A stretch of 20,000 bases of DNA from Chloropicon primus (lineage: Eukaryota), in the NCBI GenBank assembly GCA_023205875.1, contig CP060765.1, positions 604,487 to 624,486 of the forward strand. Direction: 5' to 3'. The notes under the pieces are model-generated. The model did no database searches and was not told the DNA's origin. It saw only the letters and a list, made by a program, of their open reading frames with translations. The position numbers were made by a program, and so were the translations under genes. Below, one piece after another: positions 1 through 9,624 of this stretch (position 1 is the stretch's first letter; every line of letters begins with the position of its first letter).

Positions 1-156
1 GCGTTGGTTCACAGCAGGGTTCGGCGGATCACTTTTTGCGTTCCTGATCCAAAGTGGGGCGCTCTCGGGGGCGCCTTCCGGCTCCACAGCCTGACTTCCC
101 TCAACCACCACTACGAGGTGTTCCACTGGCCTGTGATCGAGGCGTCCAAGCCTTGA
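1..156 (+). CDS. TAD3: 3' end of tRNA-specific adenosine-34 deaminase subunit TAD3/ADAT3 (partial, 5' part outside window)
   Basis: Not in the ORF track. Frame 1 from base 1 reads ALVHSRVRRITFCVPDPKWGALGGAFRLHSLTSLNHHYEVFHWPVIEASKP* (TGA 154-156), matching the Tad3 C-terminal signature (M)ALVHSR..R..F......GALG....H....LNH...VF. Confidence 0.85.
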   Translation, partial: ALVHSRVRRITFCVPDPKWGALGGAFRLHSLTSLNHHYEVFHWPVIEASKP

Positions 157-276
157 GAAGCGAAAAGCTCTTTGTTCTTAGGGTTGGTTCTATACATAAA
201 ATGAATTATGGGGAAGGAACGACGGAATTGTGGTCATCCTAGCAGTCCGCGTCTCTCTCTCTCTCTCCTCGCTCCC

Positions 277-1413
277 TTACCCCCTTCCGGCGCCCTGAGG
301 TCTAGCGTCCTTGAAGTACAGCAAGGACTTGCTGAACTTGTGGTCTTGAGTAGGCCCAAGGGTGTTTCCTGTCATCTTGCCGTAACTCTGAGCGTAAATG
401 TGCTGCTGACCTGGGATATGCCCGGTGTACCCCACGACCTTGTGCCTTCCCTCGTTCACCTCCTGCATCTCCTCGGTGACCTTCTCCCTGATCTTGTACT
501 CCTTGGTCAACTCGTGAGTGATGGGCCTGGTCACCGGCTTGGTCAGCTGGCTCACGGTGAGGTTCTCCTTGGGCCTGAAAACCTTTTGGGTGTACAAGTC
601 AATTCGGCCTTGGGGCCTCTGGTCCGTCAAAGCCGTCAGCTCGCTGACGTTGCCGCCCTGCTTCAGGGTCTTCACGGCCAGCTCGGCCAACTGTGTGCTT
701 TGACCGAAAGTCTTGCCATAAATGTGGTTATCCTTGGCAACGATGCAACCCGTGTATCCAGGGATCTTGTGGTTGTCCTGGAGCGGCAAGCCCTGAGGCC
801 TGTCGTCACTGTAGCCCATGAGGCTCTCCGTCTTGCTCAAGGTGGACATCGCCTTGACCCCCTCGTGCTCGTTGTCGTCCTTGAGCATCTTCGTGGTGCT
901 TCCGTACGACCTGCCGTACACGTGCTGGGCGCCGTGCTGGTGACCCGTGTACCCGGGAAGGTTGCTCGAAGGGTCCTTGGCCTGAGAAGGGAGCTCCTCC
1001 TTGGGAAGCTTGCGGGTGATGAACTCCTTCTTGTGGTATGGCAAAGCCGAAAGGGAAGCAGTCTCCACGGTCCTCGTGCTGTACACCTTGGGCTTCGCGT
1101 TGTTCTGGGCGGGCTGGCCCATGCCAGTCGTCGGCGTGAAAGTCGTCTTGCTCAAAGAGTTTGGAATCTTCACGCTCTGGGTGCTCATGCCAGGCTTGGC
1201 CACCTGAGCGTACAAGAAGTTCCTCCCCTGGGGGCGAGAGTCCACGAACTCGTGGTGGGAGCTCGGGTTCTCCCCCTCCGCCATGAGGTGGTTGGCTATC
1301 TGGGCCTTGTTCGTGGCCTCCGTGTAGCGCTGACCGTGGACGTGGGTCTTCATCGCTGGGATGTAGCCCATGTACCCCGGAATGAATCCCGTCGTCTCCG
1401 TCTGGAACACCAT
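277..1413 (-). CDS. PGYxG-repeat (FAM166/CIMIP2/FAP129-like, DUF2475-type) ciliary microtubule inner protein, about 378 aa
   Basis: Likely ATG at 1413 (MVFQTETTGF); the upstream part of the ORF is low-complexity, UTR-like sequence. There are four GY motifs (IPGYMGYIP, LPGYTGHQHGAQHVYGRSYG, IPGYTGCIVAKDNHIYGKTFG, VVGYTGHIPGQQHIYAQSYG), each followed by DxRPQG. Confidence 0.75.
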   Translation of the reverse strand: MVFQTETTGFIPGYMGYIPAMKTHVHGQRYTEATNKAQIANHLMAEGENPSSHHEFVDSRPQGRNFLYAQVAKPGMSTQSVKIPNSLSKTTFTPTTGMGQPAQNNAKPKVYSTRTVETASLSALPYHKKEFITRKLPKEELPSQAKDPSSNLPGYTGHQHGAQHVYGRSYGSTTKMLKDDNEHEGVKAMSTLSKTESLMGYSDDRPQGLPLQDNHKIPGYTGCIVAKDNHIYGKTFGQSTQLAELAVKTLKQGGNVSELTALTDQRPQGRIDLYTQKVFRPKENLTVSQLTKPVTRPITHELTKEYKIREKVTEEMQEVNEGRHKVVGYTGHIPGQQHIYAQSYGKMTGNTLGPTQDHKFSKSLLYFKDARPQGAGRG

Positions 1414-2094
1414 CTTTCTGGAAGAATCCAATTCAACAGCAACAACGACTACAAGACACACTAGAAACGAATGAATGCGACCACGAGCGGTTGGGATTGG
1501 GTTGGGATTGGGTTGGGTTGGGTTCCCAAGCAAGCAACCAAAGTTGTAGCTGCAAGGCAAGGAATTGCCGTGTTGTGTCTGTTGGTGTGGTTAAGTTCAA
1601 GTTCAAGTCAACCCTGTCCGTGGTGGTGGTGGTCTCCCTCCTTTGTGCTTGCGCTGGCCCTGGACGTGGTTCCCCTAGTCTAGACTCAATCGACTTCGCC
1701 TTGCATGTTAAGAGAGGGGTTTCCTTAACCAAAACCCAAGAGAACCCAAAGTGTCCATGGGATCCCATGTTCGTCAAGAGAAATGTGTGAGACCGCGTGG
1801 TACAATGTGGTAAAAATACTCAATTTGTGACTTCAATCTTAACGACGCTCGTAGAAATAAAAACGAGGGCCTGGTCAACCGACTCCCTCTCTCTTGACCC
1901 TGACCCTGATTCTTTCTTGACTCGTCGGGGTCCTCCTCGTCCTCCTCGGAGACCGTTCCGTCCTCCGGCATCTCCACTTCCCTCCCTCCCAGACGTTGAG
2001 GCCCGCCTCTTCTGTTCCCAACCCTTGACAATCCAAGCAAGCACGGAACGGATTGGACTTTGGACTGGACTGGACTCAACTCGATTGATTAGCG

Positions 2095-2808
2095 ATGGCG
2101 GATCCTTTGACGAAGAAGAAGACGGGGGTCTTTGAGGACTTCCCTTTGCCGGAGCGAAAGCACTTTGATCACAGGGCTTCCAGGGGCTCACTCGGGGCAG
2201 GACTCGCGCCCGTGGAGGACGAAAAGAGAGCCTTTGCACACCTCAGGAGGGACAACACCAAGGGAGACAGTCACGGAAGGTAAGGCGAGGCCAAGCCGGG
2301 GGGGGGGCACGGGTCCAAGGCAAACCGCGGCGTTTCGAACGGGCTTCGTGTCCTCCCTTCTGAGTCGTTGTCGCCCGGAACTTTTGTTTACTGACAGCGG
2401 ACTTTCTCGCTCTCTTCTCCCTCTCTGGCTCTCCGCTTCAGCTCCACCATTGGCGGTTGCGATAAGGGCACGTGGAAGAGCTCGTACCAAGCCTTCGCGG
2501 ACGGCACGGACGACATCGGCAAAGTGAGAAAGTTGTCCAGGAAGAAGAGCCACTCGAACGCGAACAACAGCAACAGGTCGGAGCTCAGCCTGTTCCAGGG
2601 CGGGAGGTCCTTCCAGTCCGGCCTGGGCAGGGAGAACCTGGAGAACCAGAAGCAGCTCCACATGCCGGGGTACACCGGGCACGTTCCCAAGGCCACGAGC
2701 GCTCTTGGGCCCGGGCCCCAAGGAGACTCCAGGAACCCAGCGGACAAGTCCTTGCTGGCTGAGAACTACAGGCATAACGTGGTCGGATACACGGGCCACG
2801 TCAAGTGA
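2095..2808 (+). CDS. Spliced PGYxG-repeat (FAM166-like) protein, join(2095..2279,2442..2808), 183 aa
   Basis: Exon 1 (MADPLTKKK...) ends at AG|GTAAGG (donor 2280). The intron has branch point TACTGAC (2389-2395), a pyrimidine tract and CAG at 2439-2441. The phase-2 join is in frame with ORF 2524..2808, which carries HMPGYTGHVP and RHNVVGYTGHVK. TGTAA lies at 3021. Confidence 0.75.
2280..2441 (+). other. GT-AG spliceosomal intron (162 nt)
   Basis: GTAAGG donor, TACTGAC branch point, CT-rich tract, TTCAG acceptor; the join preserves the reading frame. Confidence 0.8.
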
Positions 2809-3211
2809 GGAGGCCCGGCTACTTCACCAGGGCTGCTCCACGAGTCCACGATTCGACTTGGTGTCCTGATGGTTTGCCGGTCGGATCCTTTCCTTCCCTC
2901 CCTCGGAGGTTTCCTCGACAAGCCCAAGCCCAAGCTCAAGCTCGCGCGTCTTGGGGGGTCCAACCCACCGACAGTTTTGTACAGAACAGATCGAGTCGCC
3001 CGCCGTAGTTGCAAGTGTGTTGTAATCAAGTTTGTGTACCTTTTTTTCTCATTCCTCCTCCTCGCTCTCCTCCTCCTCCTCGCTCTCCTCCTCCGCACCA
3101 TTGTCGGGCATCATCGAACCCCTCGCCTTGTCCCCGCCACGAACGAGGAGGCCACTCCCTCGCTCGGCTCGGCTCGGCGTGGCGTGGCGTGGCGTCGTCG
3201 CGCGTGGCGTG

Positions 3212-4516
3212 ATGTTGGCACCGGTGACGGGGAAGGGAGGGAAGCGGGGCGGGGTGGGCCTCGCCGCATTACGACCACGACACACGCTCGCAACAAAACG
3301 GACGCCTCGGCTTGGGAAGCGAAACGCGCCAAACCAGCAGCGGCACGTGGAGGGGAAGGACGAGGACCGAGGAGGAGGAGGAGGAGGAGGGAGAGGGAGG
3401 TGTCCCTCGGCGGCACAGGGGCGTCGGGGGGATGTCGGGGGGGGAGACGGAGGGGAAAGGGTCAGGGAAAGGGCAGGGACGAGCGGGAGGGGGGGAGGTG
3501 CCAAGGGGGCCGACGAAACGACCCTCCTCGGGTCGGTGGGGGCTCATCTGCAGAGGAACTTCATGCCGTATGGTCTCGTGGCTGCGATATGCGTGTCCGT
3601 CGTCGAGCCGAGGATTGGGTGCAAGGTGCACGCCCTGAGGCTCCACAAGCTCTCGGCCCCGGGGATATTCCTCATCTCGGGCCTGATGCTCAAGCTGGGG
3701 GAGGTGAAACGGGCTCTCAAGTCCCCTCTCCCCCTGCTCCTCGGGCTCTGCACCATATCCCTGGTTCTTCCCCTGAGCGCCCAGCTGGCTTTGCGGTGGC
3801 CCTTCCTGTCCCAAGACCTGGTGTACGGGATGGCGATCTTCCTTTGCATGCCGACCGCTCTGTCGACCGGGGTGCAGATCTGCACGCACTACGGCGGGAA
3901 CCCGGCCCTGGCTCTCATGCTCACGGTGGGCTCCAACTTGCTGTCCATAGCCACGATACCCTTCTTCGTGAGCTACGTCCTGGCGCAGGGCAGCGAGATC
4001 AAGCTCAGCGTGGACGCGTTCGTGCTCTTCAAATCCCTTGTCAAGTCCATCCTGGTCCCGATGCTGGCGGGCGTCGCCCTGAGGAGCAAGGTGCCCCGCG
4101 TCACGGAGTGGGTGGATGCCAACAAGAAAGCGCTGTCCATGGTCTCGGCGTCTCTCCTCATCTCGGTGCCGCTAGCCGAGCTGAGCTCGTCGGTGGCGAA
4201 GGGCCTGACCCTCCTCCCCTCGGAGCTTGCTCAGGTGGCTGCCCTGGGGGTGTGCTTCCCCGCGGCCTTCATGGCTTTCAATGCCGTGACCACCCGTTGC
4301 TTCCTGGGCGGCCTGCCTCAGGACATCAGGAAGACCCTCGTGATCGTGTGCAGCCTGAAAACGCTCCCCTCTGCGGTCATGGTGGTCCAAAAGATGCAGG
4401 AGATCGTGCCAACGCTGTCTGGGGCGGCCCTCGTGCCCTGCATGATGTTCCACATCATCCAGACCCTCCTCATCTCGGCCGCTGCCTCCGGGGCCAGTCC
4501 GGCGAAGCAAGTTTAG
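3212..4516 (+). CDS. BASS4: Sodium/bile acid symporter-family transporter, BASS4/SLC10A7-like, probably plastid-targeted, about 434 aa
   Basis: First in-frame ATG is at 3212. A basic, Gly-rich N-terminus precedes many hydrophobic helices. Motifs include IFLISGLMLK, IFLCMPTALSTGV, GGNPALAL..TVGSNLL...TIPF, CSLKTLP and VPCMMFHIIQ. TGTAA lies at 4553. Confidence 0.8.
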   Translation: MLAPVTGKGGKRGGVGLAALRPRHTLATKRTPRLGKRNAPNQQRHVEGKDEDRGGGGGGGRGRCPSAAQGRRGDVGGGDGGERVRERAGTSGRGGGAKGADETTLLGSVGAHLQRNFMPYGLVAAICVSVVEPRIGCKVHALRLHKLSAPGIFLISGLMLKLGEVKRALKSPLPLLLGLCTISLVLPLSAQLALRWPFLSQDLVYGMAIFLCMPTALSTGVQICTHYGGNPALALMLTVGSNLLSIATIPFFVSYVLAQGSEIKLSVDAFVLFKSLVKSILVPMLAGVALRSKVPRVTEWVDANKKALSMVSASLLISVPLAELSSSVAKGLTLLPSELAQVAALGVCFPAAFMAFNAVTTRCFLGGLPQDIRKTLVIVCSLKTLPSAVMVVQKMQEIVPTLSGAALVPCMMFHIIQTLLISAAASGASPAKQV

Positions 4517-4552
4517 TTTCGTTAGGTGAAGCAGTCTCTCTAAGGAATCGTT

Positions 4553-4595
4553 TGTAACATTACTTGTTGAGCCACAGAAAGTCTTGAATATTACA
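4553..4595. promoter_or_regulatory. TGTAA polyadenylation signals of the convergent BASS4 (+, 4553) and START (-, 4591-4595) genes
   Basis: UGUAA is the established chlorophyte poly(A) signal. It also occurs at 3021, 7795 and 18546 (+) and 9488-9492 (-), each downstream of a stop codon. Confidence 0.6.
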
Positions 4596-4699
4596 CAACT
4601 GGTACACACTATTTACTTTATTTGCTTTCTCTCCACCCCTCCCTCTACTCTATCATTATCATTATTACTGTCTGTTGTACATACATTCTTGATTGCTCG

Positions 4700-6202
4700 T
4701 CACCGCCTGGCGCGCGCGCGGCGTTTTACATTCTTGCCCACCAAAACTGCCGAGACCGCCAGAAGGCCAACGGACCTCCATCTCCTCCCGAGCGCTCCCA
4801 ACTTGTTCCCGCTCCCCGTCGTCGCGGCAGAGTCTCCCTTGCCCCCGGCCTTGGGTCTCTTCCCTCTCGGCTCCCCAGCCCCCGGGCCTCCCTTGTTGCG
4901 CTTCACGTACTCCCTCAGCCCGTTGGTCTCCAGGCCGGCGATGAACCAGCCAAAGAAGGTCTTCATGGCCAGCTTGAAGATCGAGTTGGGGAAGCCGAGG
5001 TTCTCGTAGTGGAGCAGCATCGTCTCCACGGCCCACTCCCCCGGCCTCTGCTCCGAGGGCACGAGCCTGATCCTCCAGGACGAGTAGTACTCGTTCACCC
5101 GCTTGATCTTGGGGGGCACGTCGCACTCCGTGGACTTGCTGACCACGTAGACCGTCCTCCAGCCGTCCTCGTCGACCTCGCAGAAGCTGCGGCGGGCGAT
5201 GATGTACTCCCTGGGCGAGCAGAAGGCCGGGAACTTCCTGACCCACCTCACCACCTCGCCGCACCCCTTGGTGCACGACTCGTGGCACCCGCACTCGATG
5301 ACCTTCTCCGAGCTCACGAAGCAGCGATCCCACTTCCCCCTGAACCCGTCATCGATCCAGAAGCTCTCGACGTCGGAGAACCGGACGTCCTCGAAGACGG
5401 TCTCGACCAGCATCTGCATGCAGATGGACCGGCTGCCGCACAGCGGGTCGTCCGCGTTGCTCTGGAGGTACTGCTGGCTCGCCAGCTGGGAGGACTTCTT
5501 CTTCGCCATGAGCTTCCAGCCCGGCTCGTCGGCGCCCTTGTTGTTGTTGTTCCTCCTCCTCCTCCGTTCCTGGGAACCTGCCGCTTGCGCCGCGGGGGCC
5601 TGCGTCTTCAGGGTGCTCAGCCTCCTCTTGAAGTCCTCGAGGTCGGCCTGGCCGATGAGCTCCTCGAGGTCGAGGGACTTCCTCCCGGCCTCCTGCTCCT
5701 CCTCTTCGCGGCGGCGGCGAGCCCTCCTCCGCAGCAGGGCCTCCGCCAGGAAGGACTTGAGGTAGAAGAGTCCGAAGCCGGCGCTCGCCAGGGCCACGGC
5801 CGTGCGCACGATCCTCTCGTACCCCGAGAGCTCAGAGAGGAGGGACCACGTCGTGCCTCCCGGCGGGCGGCGGGGCACGGGGATCCTCAGCGCGTTCGCG
5901 AGCGCGCCCACCCACTGGGACTGGGTCACGACCTGCACCGCGTTCAGCACGGCCCACCCGAGGATGTTCCAGGCCAGCACGAACGCCGCCGCCTGGGCCG
6001 CGACCCTCCACTCCTTGGCTTGCTTCCAGTCCCCGCCGTAGAGCAGGGTCGAGGTCCCGCCCGTCCGCAGCTCCGACACCAGGACGGACACGAACACCAG
6101 TAAGCCCGTCGCCGCGCAGGCGACAACCTTCCTCCCCGCCTCCCTCCACGACGACGAGGGCGAGGAGGAAGAGGAAGAGGAAGCGGAAGCAGTTGAACTC
6201 AT
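4700..6202 (-). CDS. START-domain (StAR-related, STARD2/STARD7-like) lipid transfer protein with N-terminal membrane segments, about 500 aa
   Basis: Motifs FWIDDGFRGKWD, VVRWVRKFPAFCSPREYIIARR, VYVVSKS, RVNEYYSSWRI and LLHYENLG. First real ATG is at 6202; the sequence upstream is microsatellite. TGTAA on the minus strand lies at 4591-4595. Confidence 0.8.
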   Translation of the reverse strand: MSSTASASSSSSSSPSSSWREAGRKVVACAATGLLVFVSVLVSELRTGGTSTLLYGGDWKQAKEWRVAAQAAAFVLAWNILGWAVLNAVQVVTQSQWVGALANALRIPVPRRPPGGTTWSLLSELSGYERIVRTAVALASAGFGLFYLKSFLAEALLRRRARRRREEEEQEAGRKSLDLEELIGQADLEDFKRRLSTLKTQAPAAQAAGSQERRRRRNNNNKGADEPGWKLMAKKKSSQLASQQYLQSNADDPLCGSRSICMQMLVETVFEDVRFSDVESFWIDDGFRGKWDRCFVSSEKVIECGCHESCTKGCGEVVRWVRKFPAFCSPREYIIARRSFCEVDEDGWRTVYVVSKSTECDVPPKIKRVNEYYSSWRIRLVPSEQRPGEWAVETMLLHYENLGFPNSIFKLAMKTFFGWFIAGLETNGLREYVKRNKGGPGAGEPRGKRPKAGGKGDSAATTGSGNKLGALGRRWRSVGLLAVSAVLVGKNVKRRARARR

Positions 6203-6218
6203 GATGATGGTGATGCTT

Positions 6219-6219
6219 C

Positions 6220-6251
<32 letters not shown>

Positions 6252-6341
6252 CTTGTTGTTGTTGGATGTTTTTGATGAGATGAGGATGAGGATGAGGATG
6301 AGGATGAGGATGAGGATGAAATCTCTCTCTCTCTCTCTCTC
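6219..6341. repeat. Compound microsatellite (TTG)n, (GATGAG)n, (TC)n in the 5' leader of the START gene
   Basis: Directly visible tandem repeats. Confidence 0.9.
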
Positions 6342-7216
6342 TTCTCGTCGTCCAACCGTCTCAGCGAAAGCCAGCGTCCCCCTCACCCCGTCCGTCCCTC
6401 GTCGTCGTCGTCGTTGATGCTGAAGAAGAAGAAGATGATGATGACGACGCTTGCCTCGTAGAGAAAGAAGTCTCTAGACGGCCCGTTTTCCTCCTCTCCT
6501 CGCCCGCCAAGGACTGGCCTGGCCTGGAAAGTCCGTTGGTTCGTGTTCCGTGGGTGTTGTGTTGCGTTTGATGCTTGTGTGTTGTGTTGTGTATGACGCC
6601 CGGGTTCCCCGAGGATGACGGTCGTGGTCGTGGTCGTGGTCGTTCTCGTTGTCGTGTCCTCGGGTTTCGTCTGCGATGTGTCTCTTGAGAGAAGATCTCG
6701 GCCAGCCGCAGCCATCCGTCGATTGGCTGGCCCCAAGGATTTGAAGATAAAATCCTTCTTTTTTATCCTGTAGTTACAACCCTCTTACAACCTCAGACCA
6801 CGAGGGGGAGGGGGGAGAGATTCGTACAAAGGGATTTTCTACACGGAGGAGGGGGGTTATCAATGAGTGTACGTAATTACACTCAAGATTACACACACAA
6901 GACGAGACGAGGACCCGGACCCGGACCAGGGAAAGGTGACGAACCCAGGAGGGACAAGAGAGAGAGGCGAAGAGGAGGAAGAGGAAGAGGAAGAGGAAGA
7001 GGAAGGGAGGGTGGGATCACGTAGGCCAAGAGGTAGGGGGAGAAAAAGGGCCAGTCTTGAGCGGTCCTGCTTTCACGACACGACGGACCTCCATACGTCG
7101 TCCTCTCCTCGAGCAAAGGCACCACCAACACCAACGCCAACGACACCAACAACAACTAGAGGAGCGAGCGAGCAAGCAAGCAAGATCGTCGATCGTCGAT
7201 CTGTTTGTTGTCTTCG

Positions 7217-7777
7217 ATGTCTTCGTCGGGCGGAAAGGGCACGAACGTGCTGAAGGTTTGCGTGGTGGGTCACAAGGGAAGCGGGAAGACGGTGCTGTGC
7301 AAGCTTCTGGCCGAGCAGGTGTTCTCGGCGTCGTCAAGCCGGGAGTACCAGCCCACCGCGGGGCTCCGCGTCCAGGAGTTCGACTTCCTGCACAAGGGGG
7401 TCCAGAGGCAGGTCCAGCTGTGGGACTGCTCCGGGGACCCGACGTACGAGAAGTACTTCCGGGTGATGGCCAAGGGGACCCAGGGCGTGCTCCTCGTCCA
7501 CAACGCGTCCAAGGACCAGGAGGCCGACCTGGAGGTGTTCTACAGGATCTTCGCCCAGCCGAACAAGCTGACGATGGCCCAGGTGGCGACCATCGGCACG
7601 ACTTTCACGGGCGGGAACGGCCAGCAGCAGCAGGCGGTCCCCCTGCAGAGGAAGCTCAAGACCCTGGACCACTTCCAGGTCGACTTGGGGCAGCTGGTGG
7701 GGAAGCAGAACACGGGGAAGGCCATGGCACTCCTCAGGCCCAAGTTCGAGACCATCGTCGACACTGTCTTCGGGTAG
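7217..7777 (+). CDS. IFT22: Intraflagellar transport protein 22 (RABL5), Rab-like GTPase, 186 aa
   Basis: P-loop GHKGSGKT, G2 YQPTAGLRVQEF and G3 VQLWDCSGD. There is no NKxD motif and no C-terminal prenylation cysteine. EADLEVFYRIFAQPNKL resembles algal IFT22. ATG at 7217, TGTAA at 7795. Confidence 0.85.
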   Translation: MSSSGGKGTNVLKVCVVGHKGSGKTVLCKLLAEQVFSASSSREYQPTAGLRVQEFDFLHKGVQRQVQLWDCSGDPTYEKYFRVMAKGTQGVLLVHNASKDQEADLEVFYRIFAQPNKLTMAQVATIGTTFTGGNGQQQQAVPLQRKLKTLDHFQVDLGQLVGKQNTGKAMALLRPKFETIVDTVFG

Positions 7778-7943
7778 AAAGCCACCGCCACCCCTGTAAC
7801 AAAGCCCTGCATAAAACAATTTTATTTTATCAAACACACACACACACATATATATATATCGAACTCTCTCTTCAATCGTTCTGCTCGTCTGCTTCAGCTC
7901 CTCGTCTTCATCGTTGTGGCGTGATGCGATGATCCCCAGTCGA

Positions 7944-9350
7944 TCACCTCGAGACGACGATCTGAAAGAGCTTGTCCCCAAAGGCCTTCCTCGAGAACTT
8001 GGCCCTCACGTGGCGCCTCGACGCCTCCCCCATGCGGAGCAGGGCCCCCTCGTCCATGGCGCAGAGCCGACCCATGGCCGACGCGAAGGCCCTCGCCGTG
8101 GGCTCGCAGATGAACCCGGTCTCCCCGCTCACGACGGTCTCCAGGGGGCCGCCGCTGTCACAGGCCACCACCGGCCGCCCCGCCGCCATGGCCTCCAGGG
8201 GCACGATGCCAAAGTGCTCGTTCTGAGGGGTGTACACGACCGCCGCGCAGCCCGAGAGCAAGGTCTCCCTCTCCTCGTCCGTGAAGGAGGGGAAGAACGA
8301 CACGTGGTCCTGCAGGTCCAGCCTCTGGCACAGGTCCTTCAGGTGGCTCAGGTACTCCACGTTCTCGGGAAGCCTCTTGTCGTAGCCCCCCGCGATCACG
8401 AGCCGGGGCAGGGGCCCGCTGGGCGACTTCTTCCCCCCGCCCTCCGACGAGAGGTCCGCGTGCAGCTCCTTCAGGGCCGTGACCGCCAGGGCAATGTCCT
8501 TCTTCTTCTCGAACCTGTTGATCGAGAGGAAGGTCTTGGCCCCAGCCGCGCGACCTGCTGCCTTCTCCTCCTCCTCCTCGTCGTCGTCGTCGCCCCCCAC
8601 CCTCACGGCGGGGTACACCACCCTGACCGTGATGTTCCTCCTGGCCAGCCTCTCAAAGGTGCGGAAGAAGACCCCCTTGGTGAAGTTGGAGTTCACCAGG
8701 ACGACGTCCGCCAGCCCGGTGGTCACCTCCTCCACCCAATCCAGGGGAACCCGGTACAATCGCTTGAGGTTGTGGACCGCGAGCCTTCCGAGCCCCCCCC
8801 TCCCCGAGCCCTTGGGTCCCTCCCTGCTGCTCAGCAGGAGGTCCGGGTAATGGCAGTAGAACACGACGCGGACTCTCCTCCGCCGAGGGAGGAACCAGTT
8901 CGCCACGACGAACGGGACGACCGCCACGCTCACCTGGTCCACGAACACGACGTCTGGTGCCGTGGCCCTCGCCGTCGCGGCCAAGACCGCCACGTGAGCG
9001 GCCACCACCAAGCAACGGATCATTGCGCACAAGGCGACGAACCGCCCGAGCACGGTCCTCGGGAACCAGGACCCCTTGACGGTGACCCCGAAGGCCGGCT
9101 CGTCCCCCTCCGGCCTCCCCTTCTGCTTGGTCTCCTCGAAGCACCTCTCCTCGTCGTGGTGCGCGGTGTAGACCTCGACGTGGCACCCGTGTCCCTCGGC
9201 GAGCTCGGAGGCCGCGTCCACGACGAGTCGCTCCGCCCCGCCCAGGCCCAGGTCCGGGTGCACGAAGGCCACCCTCACCCTCTGCCGACCCTCGCCCTCG
9301 CCCTCGTCGTCCCCCAGGCCACCGCCAAGCGGGAAGCTCTCCACCGCCAT
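7944..9350 (-). CDS. ALG2: Alpha-1,3/1,6-mannosyltransferase ALG2 (GT4), about 468 aa
   Basis: Motifs AFVHPDLGLGGAERLVVDAA, RCFEET, VFYCHYPDLLL, VLVNSNFT, FLSINRFEKKKDI, AGGYDKRLPENVEY, YTPQNEHFGIVPLEAM and SGGPLETV. First ATG is at 9350. Confidence 0.95.
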   Translation of the reverse strand: MAVESFPLGGGLGDDEGEGEGRQRVRVAFVHPDLGLGGAERLVVDAASELAEGHGCHVEVYTAHHDEERCFEETKQKGRPEGDEPAFGVTVKGSWFPRTVLGRFVALCAMIRCLVVAAHVAVLAATARATAPDVVFVDQVSVAVVPFVVANWFLPRRRRVRVVFYCHYPDLLLSSREGPKGSGRGGLGRLAVHNLKRLYRVPLDWVEEVTTGLADVVLVNSNFTKGVFFRTFERLARRNITVRVVYPAVRVGGDDDDEEEEEKAAGRAAGAKTFLSINRFEKKKDIALAVTALKELHADLSSEGGGKKSPSGPLPRLVIAGGYDKRLPENVEYLSHLKDLCQRLDLQDHVSFFPSFTDEERETLLSGCAAVVYTPQNEHFGIVPLEAMAAGRPVVACDSGGPLETVVSGETGFICEPTARAFASAMGRLCAMDEGALLRMGEASRRHVRAKFSRKAFGDKLFQIVVSR

Positions 9351-9624
9351 GGCGCCTCTCCCTCTCCGGATTGACAGCTGGAGAGCGGAGCGGAGGGAGA
9401 GGGAGGTGGCTCGGCCCCACTCCACTCCACTCGACTCGACTTGGCTTGACTTGGATGAAAGAATGGTGGTGGTAGTGGGGTTATGGTTTACAATGGAGGG
9501 AGGAAGGCCTTGAATCGCTCTGCCTTCGGCCTTCCTCTCTGCTTTTACTTATTATTACTAGCAGTATTCGTCCGTCAATCAACGTCGTTTCGAGTGGTGG
9601 TGGTGGGAGTGGTGCCTCTTCTTG

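Noticed and set aside
2396..2397. Earlier AG (CTGACAG) as the intron acceptor
   Set aside because: It abuts the branch point, precedes the pyrimidine tract and would shift the frame away from the PGYTG-coding exon.
6735..6794. Inverted repeat AAGGATTT/AAATCCTT and doubled TTACAACC(C)TC in the START/IFT22 divergent promoter
   Set aside because: They are too short to distinguish from chance without a genome-wide background.
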